DNA from: Micavibrio sp.
GTDB taxonomy: Bacteria > Pseudomonadota > Alphaproteobacteria > Micavibrionales > UBA9664
Direction of reading: 5' to 3'
NCBI GenBank assembly: GCA_002699085.1
Contig: PAAR01000015.1
Coordinates: 4,236 to 68,235, forward strand
Length of the DNA: 64,000 nucleotides
In this document: positions 21,680 to 31,653 of the stretch, piece after piece
How positions within the stretch are numbered: the first letter of the stretch is position 1
How the letters are laid out: each line of letters opens with the position of its first letter
Program-made: the position numbers and the translations under genes
The notes under the pieces: generated by a model
Told to the model about the DNA's origin: nothing
The model's input: only the letters and a program-made list of their open reading frames with translations
Database searches by the model: none

Positions 21680-21841
21680 TTAAAATACTCCGTTATTAAA
21701 ATTACACCTTGGTTTATATTATATGTAAAACGTTATGTCAAGAAAATTGCACGGGCAACATCCCTTCATTAAGCCATACAACAAAAAACCTCTTAAAACC
21801 CTACGCATAACCAATTATTTTACTAAATTGACACCGTTTGA

Positions 21842-21856
21842 TTAAAAAAGGCTTAA
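21842..21856. promoter_or_regulatory. Candidate CtrA box upstream of adhesin/T1SS locus
   Basis: TTAA-aaaaggc-TTAA matches TTAA-N7-TTAA; AT-rich background lowers specificity. Confidence 0.4.
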
Positions 21857-22002
21857 GCACCAAAATAATGTAGTTCAGTATGCACAAAAGCCTATCTATA
21901 GCAAGGAAATAGGCTTATTATTGAAGAGTTATAATAAATTCTTTGCATTTTTTATTGAAGCACTGCTACAGTATGTAAAAAAACAGAACACGGATTAGAA
22001 AA

Positions 22003-22407
22003 ATGAATATAATTATTGTTGATGATTTATCGCCTATCACGCTTACATATAAAGCCATTCTTCTGCGCGAGGGCTATGAAGTTGAAGCCTTCACTAAACC
22101 GTTAGAAGCGTTAAGTTACATGCAACAAAATCCAGACCAATTTGATTTAGTACTGGCAGATCTTTACATGGAAGAGATGAACGGCATTGATATTATGCTG
22201 GCGGCCCAAAATATTAACCCAAATGTTAAAACGCTTTGCATCACAGGTGGCGGCGCCTACGATCAAGACACGAGTCTTATGCAAACAGCCCGCTCAGTCG
22301 CCGATACATTGGCCTTCAAACCAATACATTCAGGCCAATTAGTAGGTATGGTTAGCAATCTACTGAAAACAACACAGCGCCCTGCCGCAAACACACAAAC
22401 AGCGTAA
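22003..22407 (+). CDS. Single-domain response regulator (receiver)
   Basis: IIIVDD; LADLYMEEMNG; CITG; FKPI. Confidence 0.88.
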   Translation: MNIIIVDDLSPITLTYKAILLREGYEVEAFTKPLEALSYMQQNPDQFDLVLADLYMEEMNGIDIMLAAQNINPNVKTLCITGGGAYDQDTSLMQTARSVADTLAFKPIHSGQLVGMVSNLLKTTQRPAANTQTA

Positions 22408-22410
22408 CTA

Positions 22411-23991
22411 TCAAACTGTAAATTTTAATAATTTAACTGTAACCGCTTGTGGCAAAGCCTGAAGCTTTACCAGAATGTCATCCGACAATACTGTATCAAT
22501 CGACACCATTGCCAGCGCCTCACCGCCTTCTTGACGCCCCAATCTAAAATCCGCAATATTACAATTGGCAGCCCCTAAAATAGTGCCCACACCGCCTACT
22601 AGACCTGGTTTATCCTCATTACGGATATATAGCATATAAGGTGCAAGTGCTGCCTCAATAGGTACATTCTCTATGCTGACGAGTCGTGGTTGATTTTGGC
22701 CATATAATGTGCCCGTTACGCTGCGCTCTTTATTCTCAGTGACTACTCTCACTGTAATATGGCTTTGACCATGTGCACTTTTATCTGTCAACGACTCTGT
22801 AACTTCAATGCCTTTATCCTTAGCAATCACAGGCGCACTAACGATATTAATGGTATCTGTTGAAGGACGTAATATTTCTGCAATAATGGTTGAACTTAGA
22901 GGTTTCACATTCAACCCCGCAACGTGTCCTGCGTATTCAATAATGATTTTCTTAATCGCCGACTCAGCAATTTGCCCCGCAAAACTACCTAATTGTGCGG
23001 CCAATGAAAGATAGGGCTTTAATCTAGGTGCATCTTCCGCTGAAATTGAGGCCATATTGACTGCGTTCGTGACAGCACCTTGCAAAAGATAATCAGACAT
23101 TTGCTCTGCCACTTGTACAGCAACATTGACTTGTGCTTCTTCTGTTGAAGCCCCTAAATGCGGCGTACAAATAACGTTTGGGTGGCCAAATAAGATATTT
23201 TCTTTTGCTGGCTCTTCTTCAAATACATCCAAAGCAGCTGCCGCCACATGACCGCTATCAAGAGCTTCTTTTAAATCCTTTTCAACAACAATGCCGCCAC
23301 GGGCGCAATTAACCACACGAACACCTGGCTTCATCTTAGCAAAAGCCTCTTTGTTCAGTAGCCCTCTCGTTTTATCATTAAGTGGCGTATGCACTGTCAC
23401 TACATCTGCCCGTGCGTATAACTCATCCAAGCTGCCTTTTTCAACACCAAGCTCTACCGCCTTCTCATCAGTTAAGAATGGATCAAAGGCAATCACTTTC
23501 ATTTTTAAACCAATCGCACGGCTGGCAACAATTGCGCCAATATTCCCGCAACCAATAAGCCCAAGCGTTTTACCTGTGACTTCCATACCCATAAACTTCT
23601 TTTTTTCCCAAAGACCTTGATGAGTAGAAGCAGACGCTTGTGGGATTTGTCGAACCATCGCCATCATCATGGCAATGGCATGTTCTGCTGCCGTTGTCGC
23701 ATTACCAAAAGGCGTATTCATCACAATAATACCCGCTTTGGTTGCAGCCGTTAGATCAACATTATCAACACCAATGCCTGCACGACCTATAACTTTAAGA
23801 TTTTTAGCCTTTGCCATTAATTCAGGTGTCACGGTCGTTGAAGAACGAATTGTTAAACCATCATAATCACCGATAATTTTACCGAGATCATGTGGTGATA
23901 AATTGGTTTTAACATCGACCTCAATACCACGTTGTTTGAAAATCTCTGTCGCCAGAGGTGACATATCATCGCTAATTAGAACTTTTGGCAT
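22411..23991 (-). CDS. serA: D-3-phosphoglycerate dehydrogenase
   Basis: GRAGIGVDNVD; GCGNIG; NCARGG; TPHLGAST; C-terminal ACT domain (NEDKPGLVG). Confidence 0.96.
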   Translation of the reverse strand: MPKVLISDDMSPLATEIFKQRGIEVDVKTNLSPHDLGKIIGDYDGLTIRSSTTVTPELMAKAKNLKVIGRAGIGVDNVDLTAATKAGIIVMNTPFGNATTAAEHAIAMMMAMVRQIPQASASTHQGLWEKKKFMGMEVTGKTLGLIGCGNIGAIVASRAIGLKMKVIAFDPFLTDEKAVELGVEKGSLDELYARADVVTVHTPLNDKTRGLLNKEAFAKMKPGVRVVNCARGGIVVEKDLKEALDSGHVAAAALDVFEEEPAKENILFGHPNVICTPHLGASTEEAQVNVAVQVAEQMSDYLLQGAVTNAVNMASISAEDAPRLKPYLSLAAQLGSFAGQIAESAIKKIIIEYAGHVAGLNVKPLSSTIIAEILRPSTDTINIVSAPVIAKDKGIEVTESLTDKSAHGQSHITVRVVTENKERSVTGTLYGQNQPRLVSIENVPIEAALAPYMLYIRNEDKPGLVGGVGTILGAANCNIADFRLGRQEGGEALAMVSIDTVLSDDILVKLQALPQAVTVKLLKFTV

Positions 23992-24028
23992 TTTTAGACT
24001 CCCTATTTTCTCATGCTGCTATGCAATA

Positions 24029-24949
24029 TTAGCGAGCAGGTAAGTCAATGTAATCAATTTTCTTGATTAAGCCCCCAGATTTTATCTGATTTCTAAACCA
24101 CGTATCTTGGCGTTTACCGTATTGGCGTGAATCTATTTGTGTTTTAACAATAGCCTCTTCTAAAGATACCTTGCCCTGCAAATGCTGCTGAAAAACATCA
24201 AAGCCATGGGCCTTTGTCACACCTGCATGCTCTGGCACATTACCATTTTCGATCTGCGCCATCAGCACCTTTACCTCCTCAAGAGCCCCTTGCTCTATCA
24301 TTATATGCACACGCTGATTGATACGCTCATAAAGCCAATCACGTTGTGGTCGCATAATAATCATTTCAAATTCTAAGCTAGGATCAGGCAGAATATTTGG
24401 TTGATCCTGCCAATAAGATAGCGGCTGTCCTGTCACACGAAAAACCTCCACAGCACGACATATACGCTGCTTATCTGTTGGCTTTAACTTGGCGGCGATA
24501 AGAGGATCACATGCTTGTAATTCCTTGTAAAAAGCTGGTAAGTCAGCATGGCTATCGGCCATTGCTTTCAAGTGATCCTCTTCGGGAATATCAGGCACTG
24601 GCGAAAGACCATTGGTTAACGCTTTCATATAAAAGCCCGTACCACCAACAAGAATAGGCTGGACGCCCTGTTCGAATGCTTGGTTGATTTCAGTTAATGC
24701 CAACTGGCACCAACGTGCCGCATCACAAATTTCTGAAGGTGACAACAGGCCATAGAGCTTATGCGTTACAGCCGCTCGCTCTTGTGCATCAGGTTGCGCC
24801 GATAAAATAGGCACCGCATCATAAATTTGCATGGAATCAGCATTAATAATAACTGCGCCAGCTTTTTCTTTTTTCGCCATCTCAATAGCCAGAGATGTTT
24901 TACCCGAAGCCGTTGGCCCTGCGATTATTTTAACAATGCGTCTCGCCAT
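24029..24949 (-). CDS. miaA: tRNA dimethylallyltransferase
   Basis: GPTASGKT; INADSMQIY; VGGTGFY; YGKRQDTW. Confidence 0.95.
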   Translation of the reverse strand: MARRIVKIIAGPTASGKTSLAIEMAKKEKAGAVIINADSMQIYDAVPILSAQPDAQERAAVTHKLYGLLSPSEICDAARWCQLALTEINQAFEQGVQPILVGGTGFYMKALTNGLSPVPDIPEEDHLKAMADSHADLPAFYKELQACDPLIAAKLKPTDKQRICRAVEVFRVTGQPLSYWQDQPNILPDPSLEFEMIIMRPQRDWLYERINQRVHIMIEQGALEEVKVLMAQIENGNVPEHAGVTKAHGFDVFQQHLQGKVSLEEAIVKTQIDSRQYGKRQDTWFRNQIKSGGLIKKIDYIDLPAR

Positions 24950-26427
24950 TATTTCATTTTAGGCTGTTCTTTTTTATATTTATTTTCCGGTTCAATACGA
25001 AGAGCGACAAAGCGAACATCGCCACCACGATTGACCAGCAACAATACTGATCTTTTGCCTGTGACACGTAGATCCCCGAATATCTCAACAACTTGATCGG
25101 GCGTATTAACTTTTTGTTGGTTCGCTTCAATAATAACGTCACCTGGTGACAATCCTTTTTCAGAGGCATTTGTACCACGATTAACATTAGTAATTACAAC
25201 ACCTTCTATTTCTGCTGGGATATTATAAAAACTACGCAGATCAGATGACAAATTAGACAAGGCAATACCTTCATTCTCTAATTTCACTTCACCCTTTTGC
25301 ATCGGTGCTTCGCTTTGCGCATCAAGCAATCCTTCATCTTCAGCCTTCTCAAGCTCTGCTACCGTGACAGGCAGAGTCATTTTCTTATCATCACGCCAAA
25401 TAACAATATTAACTGTCTCACCTGCGGCTGTTTCGGCAACGATACGAGGCAAATGACGCATTTCATCAATTTCCTTGCCATTAAACTCTAAAATGATATC
25501 ACCTGCTTGAACGCCTGCTTTTTCAGCTGGCCCTCCCTCAGAAGGACTTGCCACTAAAGCACCTATTGCTGTTTCTAAACCTAAGCTTTCAGCAATTTCA
25601 GGTGTCACCTCTTGAATACGCACACCTAACCAGCCACGTTTAGTACGGCCATATTGAATAATCTGGTCGATAACGTTCTTAGCCATATTAGAAGGGATAG
25701 CGAAACCAATCCCTACAGACCCACCTGTTGGCGAAAAGATAGCTGTGTTAATACCGACAACATTCCCGTCTGTATCAAACATCGGACCACCTGAATTACC
25801 CTTATTAATAGATGCATCTGTTTGAATATAATCATCATAAGGACCAGAATTAATATCACGAGCACGGGCAGAAACAACACCCGCCGATACAGAAGCGCCA
25901 AGACCAAATGGATTACCAATAACCAAAATCCATTCACCAATGCGTAATTTATCACTATTGCCAAAATTCGCTTGCGTTAACTTATGTTTTGTTGGGTCAA
26001 CTTTTAAAACAGCCAAATCTGTCTTGTCGTCTGTACCTACAAGCTCGGCATCTAAGGTCACATCATCCGCAAAAGTAATGCGAATGTTTTCGCCATCAGC
26101 GATGACATGATTATTGGTCACAATATAGCCATTCTTAGCATCAATCACGAAACCTGAGCCCAAAGTTGATGGAGGAACAGATGGTAATGCCTGTTGACGC
26201 TTATCCAAAAATTCTTCAAAAAAATCTTCAAAAGGTGATCCATCTGGCAAATCCGGTAAATCGGGTAACACATTCTTTTGATCGAACTTTTGAGAGATAG
26301 AAATATTGACGACCGTTGGCAGCAATTTTTCGGATAGATCTGCAAAGCCTTCTGGCGCCAATTTCGCTGATGCTGTAAATGGCATAAAACCGATTAAGAT
26401 AAAAAGACCAATGAATAAGCGTTTCAT
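24949..26427 (-). CDS. Do/DegP/DegQ family periplasmic serine protease with two PDZ domains
   Basis: GSGFVID; TNNHV; QTDASINKGNSGGP; start set at ATG 26427 (signal peptide, AGGA upstream). Confidence 0.93.
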   Translation of the reverse strand: MKRLFIGLFILIGFMPFTASAKLAPEGFADLSEKLLPTVVNISISQKFDQKNVLPDLPDLPDGSPFEDFFEEFLDKRQQALPSVPPSTLGSGFVIDAKNGYIVTNNHVIADGENIRITFADDVTLDAELVGTDDKTDLAVLKVDPTKHKLTQANFGNSDKLRIGEWILVIGNPFGLGASVSAGVVSARARDINSGPYDDYIQTDASINKGNSGGPMFDTDGNVVGINTAIFSPTGGSVGIGFAIPSNMAKNVIDQIIQYGRTKRGWLGVRIQEVTPEIAESLGLETAIGALVASPSEGGPAEKAGVQAGDIILEFNGKEIDEMRHLPRIVAETAAGETVNIVIWRDDKKMTLPVTVAELEKAEDEGLLDAQSEAPMQKGEVKLENEGIALSNLSSDLRSFYNIPAEIEGVVITNVNRGTNASEKGLSPGDVIIEANQQKVNTPDQVVEIFGDLRVTGKRSVLLLVNRGGDVRFVALRIEPENKYKKEQPKMK

Positions 26428-26499
26428 GTATTTTTTCCTATTTTTATATGATGATTTTTTCATGATGCCTTACGAATATGACGATGCTGTGGCAAAGCG

Positions 26500-27372
26500 T
26501 CAATCGCTATTATATTTTTCAAAAAAATTCGTCATGTCCTTCAAAACTGGCTTTTTATCTTTGAAATACCATGAAAGAGCCGCAACAATATCAATATGAT
26601 CCATATCCTCATAATATTTATACGTGATATTTGCGTCTTTTTCTTTGCCCGCCTCCATAAGCTTTTCAACATTGCGCTTATAAACAATTTTATCCTGTAA
26701 CCCATATAATAAAAGCATTGGTGGCGTATCTCCATCAACGAATGTTGACACCTTCATTGCCGCATAGTCATTTTCCCGTACCTTAGAAAAAATGTCCTTT
26801 ATATCGGGTTCTTGAGGAATAAAATCATAAGGACCCGCCAAGCCGACAAAGGCTTTAATAATTGAGGGTGAAAGCCCTTCTTTATTCAGAAATTCTTTAT
26901 TTGAGACCAGCATTGCGCCAATATGCGCACCTGATGAATGACCGCTTACAAAAAGTTTATCAGGATCACCGCCATATTGGCCAATATTACGATAGACCCA
27001 CGCCAATGCTTTAGCTGCATCATCTTGATAGGTAGGATATTTCACATTTGGATATTTACGGTAATCGGGGATAACAACGATAAAACCTTCTTTGGCCAAT
27101 GTTGTTGCCACAAAACGATATTTTTCTTTGCTACCTCCTGACCAACGCCCCCCATAGTAAAAAACCACGACAGGCATTTTTTTAAAATGTGCCTTATTTT
27201 TGTCATTTGGTATCGTTATCATTAATGATAAGTTGTTTTTTGGATCAAAAACAATTTTATTAATTTCAGATCCATTATAAAACCTAGCAGGCAAATTGAC
27301 CGCCTGCCATTTAACGAATGAGCAGGCTGACACCAAAAAAGACATCAGAATTATTAAATACCCTCTTATCAT
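26500..27372 (-). CDS. Alpha/beta hydrolase (esterase/lipase), probable lipoprotein
   Basis: Lipobox VSAC; YGGRW oxyanion motif; GHSSG nucleophile; C-terminal His. Confidence 0.85.
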   Translation of the reverse strand: MIRGYLIILMSFLVSACSFVKWQAVNLPARFYNGSEINKIVFDPKNNLSLMITIPNDKNKAHFKKMPVVVFYYGGRWSGGSKEKYRFVATTLAKEGFIVVIPDYRKYPNVKYPTYQDDAAKALAWVYRNIGQYGGDPDKLFVSGHSSGAHIGAMLVSNKEFLNKEGLSPSIIKAFVGLAGPYDFIPQEPDIKDIFSKVRENDYAAMKVSTFVDGDTPPMLLLYGLQDKIVYKRNVEKLMEAGKEKDANITYKYYEDMDHIDIVAALSWYFKDKKPVLKDMTNFFEKYNSD

Positions 27373-27458
27373 TTACTTTCATATAAGCCAAATTAATCAG
27401 CAGGCAATAAGTAACACATGAGGCCTAACAAGCGAATGAAACAAAAAAGGAAATCTAT

Positions 27459-28523
27459 ATGACTAAACGCATATTCTTATTATCGCTATTTCTACTCCCC
27501 TTTTCCGCATTTGCTCAGATGCCTCAGCCACAAGCAACACCTGTCATTATAGAGACCGCAACAATACAAAACATTGCTGACCGCATTGAGGCCCTCGGCA
27601 CATTACGTGCCACTGAAACCGTTGATATTACTGCCACAGTAACCGACACTGTCACAGACATTAACTTTGAAGGCGGACAACGTGTTGAAAAGGATGCTGT
27701 GTTGGTTGAAATGACCAGTGGTGAAGAACAGGCTATGCTTGATGAAGCGCAATCCAATCTTTTGGAAGCCAAAAAGCAATTAGACCGAGCCCGTCCCTTG
27801 GTTGAACAAGGTGCAGCGTCACAATCAATTTTAGACCAGCGTCGTCGTGATACAAACATTGCCAAAGCACGTCTCGAGGCTGTTCAATCACAATTAAAAG
27901 ATCGCATTATTTTAGCCCCCTTTGATGGCATTGTCGGCATTCGCTATATCAGTAAAGGGGCACTTATTACCCTTGGTACATTGATTACAACATTAAATGA
28001 TGATTCAGAAATGAAACTTGATTTTATGGTACCTTCAGTGTTCTTACCGAGCCTCAAAGAAGGTTTAGAGATTGAAGCCACAACAAAAGCTTATCCTGAC
28101 CAAGTATTTAAAGGTGTGATTGATAATATTGATAATAAAATTGACCCTGTCACCCGAGCGATTGCCGTTCGTGCCGTCATACCTAATGACAATAAACTAC
28201 TGAAACAAGGTTTATTAATGCAAGTTGATCTTTTTAAAAATGCTCGTCAAGCTTTGGTTATTCCTGAAGAAGCGATTTTAGCTGATGGTAACAAGAAATT
28301 TGTCTTTGTCGCCGCACAATCAAAGGAAGCGGGAAATCAACTCATTGCTCAAAAAAGAGAAATTGAAATAGGCACACGTCAAAGAGGTAGCGTTGAAATT
28401 CTACAAGGTTTGAACGAAGGCGATCAAATTATTACTCATGGTGCCGATAAACTACGTGCAGGCATGCCGATCACCAAAGACGAAAATGCCAGCTATTTGA
28501 ACCATATAGAGGACAATAACTAA
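27459..28523 (+). CDS. RND efflux periplasmic adaptor subunit
   Basis: Signal peptide; ILAPFDGIVG; IDPVTRAIAVRA; upstream of RND permease. Confidence 0.92.
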   Translation: MTKRIFLLSLFLLPFSAFAQMPQPQATPVIIETATIQNIADRIEALGTLRATETVDITATVTDTVTDINFEGGQRVEKDAVLVEMTSGEEQAMLDEAQSNLLEAKKQLDRARPLVEQGAASQSILDQRRRDTNIAKARLEAVQSQLKDRIILAPFDGIVGIRYISKGALITLGTLITTLNDDSEMKLDFMVPSVFLPSLKEGLEIEATTKAYPDQVFKGVIDNIDNKIDPVTRAIAVRAVIPNDNKLLKQGLLMQVDLFKNARQALVIPEEAILADGNKKFVFVAAQSKEAGNQLIAQKREIEIGTRQRGSVEILQGLNEGDQIITHGADKLRAGMPITKDENASYLNHIEDNN

Positions 28524-28524
28524 A

Positions 28525-31500
28525 ATGCTGTTATCGGATATTTCTGTCAAAAGGCCAGTTTTTGCGTCAGTTATGTCGCTTTTGCTCGTCGTTTTCGGCA
28601 TGGTTGCATTTGACCGTCTCTCGTTACGGGAATATCCAGATATTGATCCGCCAATTGTCTCAATTCAGACGAGCTACCCAGGAGCGGCTGCAAATGTTGT
28701 TGAAACCCGTTTAACAGAAATTATAGAAGACCGTATTGCAGGTGTTGAAGGCATTAAGTCGATCCAATCGTCTTCCCAAGATGGCCAGAGCAATGTCACT
28801 ATTGAGTTCAGCACCGATATGGATATTGATTCAGCCGCCAATGATATTCGTGATCGTGTCAGTAGTATCCTTGATGATTTACCAGAAGAAGCAGATCCGC
28901 CTGAAATTCAAAAAGTCGATGCCAATGAAGATGTTATCTTATGGATGAATCTTGTTGGTAAAGACATGACCGTCCCTGAATTAACTGATTATGCCGATCG
29001 TTACCTTGTCGATCGCTTCTCTGTTTTAGACGGTGTAGCCCGTGTGCGCATTGGTGGCGAACAACTTTATGCCATGCGTGTTTGGCTTGACCGCAAAGAA
29101 TTGGCAGCACGTAATCTGACGGTCAATGATGTTGAAGAAGCCTTACGTGCTGAAAACGTTGAACTCCCAGCAGGCAGCATTGAAAGCAGCACACGCCAAT
29201 TTACAATTCGTACCCAGCGCTCTTTTAAAAGTCCTGAAGATTTTGCCAAGCTTGTTCTTGCACAAGGTAAAGAAACCGATGGTACCAGCTATTTGATACG
29301 TTTAGGCGATGTCGCCCGCGTTGAGCTTGGCACTATTGAAGACCGTACATTCTTTCGCGGCAATGGTATCCCTCAAGTCGGTGTAGGCATTATACGCCAA
29401 TCGACCGCAAATACGATCGAAGTATCCCAAGCCGCTAAAGAAGAAATGAAGCGAGTAAATGCTAACTTACCTGAGGGCATGTCATTAGAAGAAAGTTATG
29501 ATACCTCTGTTTTTGTTCAAGGTGCCATTAACGAAGTATATTCCACCTTATTCATCGCCATCGCTTTGGTTATTTTCGTCATCTATATTTTCCTAGGGTC
29601 AGTGCGTGCAACGATTGTACCAGCGATTACAGTACCCATCTCGCTCATTGCCACATTTATTGTTCTATTAATGTTTGGTTTTTCAATTAACCTGTTAACG
29701 CTACTCGCCCTCGTACTCGCCATTGGTTTGGTCGTTGATGATGCCATCGTTGTGTTAGAAAATATCGTGCGGCGTATTCAAGATTTAGGTGAGCCGCCAC
29801 TATTAGCGGCCTATCGTGGTACACGACAAGTTGGCTTTGCCGTTATTGCAACCACAGCCGTATTAATTGCTGTTTTTGTACCTATCTCGTTCTTACAAGG
29901 CGATATAGGACGTCTTTTTAGAGAATTTGCGCTAACTATGGCCGCTGCTGTTGCTTTTTCCTCTTTTGTGGCTTTAACCGTATCACCCATGCTTGCCTCT
30001 AAGCTTTTAAAAAGAGAAGAAAAAGGCAATAGACTCATCGCTTTTATAGATAACAGCTTCCGTAAGATGCGCCATGGTTATAGCCGTATATTACCGAGCT
30101 TTATTCGTCACCCCGCCATTGTCGTGATAGCCTTCATTATTATGCTGATTGGATCTGTTTTTGCCTTTAAAAACATCCCGTCTGAATACACGCCAAATGA
30201 AGATCGTGGCGCTTTCTTTATTCTAGTCAACGGCCCAGAAGGTGCCAGCTACGACTATATGCTTGATTATATGAATGAAATCGAACGCCGTTTAATGCCT
30301 TATACTGAAAGCCAGGATGGTAAGAACCCTGAAGTAACAAGACTATTGATACGTGCGCCACGCAGCTTCGGAACGATCGCTAGTTTCAATTCTGGTATTG
30401 CTATTATTGTTCTTGATAAATGGGGCAAAAGACGCAGTGGTTTCACAATTATGAATGAAATCAGAGAAAAACTTTCTGATCTTCCTGGTGTCCGTGCATT
30501 CCCCATCATGCGCCAAGGCTTTAGCAGCAATGTTGGTAAGCCAGTCCAATTTGTTATCGGTGGCGGCACCTATGAAGATTTAGCTAAATGGCGTGATATT
30601 TTACTAGAAAAAATTAACGAAAATAATCCAGGACTTGTTGGTATTGATTGGGATTATAAAGAGACAAAGCCACAGATAGAAGTCATCGTCGATTATGATC
30701 GTGCCGCCAAACTTGGCGTGCAAGGTGAAACCATTGGCCGTACATTAGAAACTATGCTTGGTTCACGCCGTGTCACCACCTTTATTCAGAATGGCGAAGA
30801 ATATGATGTTGTAGTCGAAGGTGAACGTGATACGCAACGTACACCAACCGATATGGCTAATATCTATATTCGCTCAGATCGCTCTGGTGAGCTTATTCCT
30901 TTATCTAACCTAGTTAGCTTAAAGGAAATTGCTGATTCTAACTCACTGAACCGCTATAATCGTGTGCGCTCTATTACGATTGAAGCGAATTTAGCCGATG
31001 GCTATTCTCTAGGTGATGCACTCACTTATCTTGAAAAAACAACTCGTGAGTACCTGCCCCCAGAGGTTATTATTGATTATAAAGGCCTATCTCAAGACCT
31101 GAAATTCTCTGGCGATAGTATTGTTTTTATTTTCTTACTCGGTATCTTCGTAACATTCCTCGTACTTGCCGCACAATTTGAGAGCTGGATACACCCGCTG
31201 GTGATTATGTTTTCTGTACCGCTGGCTATTTCAGGCGCTCTCTTTGCGCTTTATTTCACGGGCAATACACTTAACTTATACTCGCAAATCGGCCTTGTAA
31301 TGCTGGTTGGTTTGGCGGCTAAGAATGGTATTTTAATCGTTGAATTTGCTAATCAATTACGGGATGAGGGAAAACATTTTTACCGTGCACTTTTAGAATC
31401 ATCGGCACTAAGATTACGCCCTATTGTGATGACCAGTATTACAACCGCCGCAGGTTCTATACCACTTATCCTCTCATCGGGGGCAGGATCAGAAACGCGC

Positions 31501-31653
31501 ATCGTCATTGGTATTGTGATTATGGCTGGGGTTCTAGCATCAACCTTTTTTACAATTTTCGTGATCCCTGTGGCTTATAGCTTGCTCGCTAAACATACAG
31601 GCTCGCCAATGGATGTCACAAAAGAGCTGGAAAAACAAAATAAGACGCATTAA
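28525..31653 (+). CDS. RND efflux transporter permease (AcrB/MdtB family)
   Basis: 1042 aa; GLVVDDAIVVLENI; AKNGILIVEFA; RLRPIVMT. Confidence 0.95.
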   Translation: MLLSDISVKRPVFASVMSLLLVVFGMVAFDRLSLREYPDIDPPIVSIQTSYPGAAANVVETRLTEIIEDRIAGVEGIKSIQSSSQDGQSNVTIEFSTDMDIDSAANDIRDRVSSILDDLPEEADPPEIQKVDANEDVILWMNLVGKDMTVPELTDYADRYLVDRFSVLDGVARVRIGGEQLYAMRVWLDRKELAARNLTVNDVEEALRAENVELPAGSIESSTRQFTIRTQRSFKSPEDFAKLVLAQGKETDGTSYLIRLGDVARVELGTIEDRTFFRGNGIPQVGVGIIRQSTANTIEVSQAAKEEMKRVNANLPEGMSLEESYDTSVFVQGAINEVYSTLFIAIALVIFVIYIFLGSVRATIVPAITVPISLIATFIVLLMFGFSINLLTLLALVLAIGLVVDDAIVVLENIVRRIQDLGEPPLLAAYRGTRQVGFAVIATTAVLIAVFVPISFLQGDIGRLFREFALTMAAAVAFSSFVALTVSPMLASKLLKREEKGNRLIAFIDNSFRKMRHGYSRILPSFIRHPAIVVIAFIIMLIGSVFAFKNIPSEYTPNEDRGAFFILVNGPEGASYDYMLDYMNEIERRLMPYTESQDGKNPEVTRLLIRAPRSFGTIASFNSGIAIIVLDKWGKRRSGFTIMNEIREKLSDLPGVRAFPIMRQGFSSNVGKPVQFVIGGGTYEDLAKWRDILLEKINENNPGLVGIDWDYKETKPQIEVIVDYDRAAKLGVQGETIGRTLETMLGSRRVTTFIQNGEEYDVVVEGERDTQRTPTDMANIYIRSDRSGELIPLSNLVSLKEIADSNSLNRYNRVRSITIEANLADGYSLGDALTYLEKTTREYLPPEVIIDYKGLSQDLKFSGDSIVFIFLLGIFVTFLVLAAQFESWIHPLVIMFSVPLAISGALFALYFTGNTLNLYSQIGLVMLVGLAAKNGILIVEFANQLRDEGKHFYRALLESSALRLRPIVMTSITTAAGSIPLILSSGAGSETRIVIGIVIMAGVLASTFFTIFVIPVAYSLLAKHTGSPMDVTKELEKQNKTH

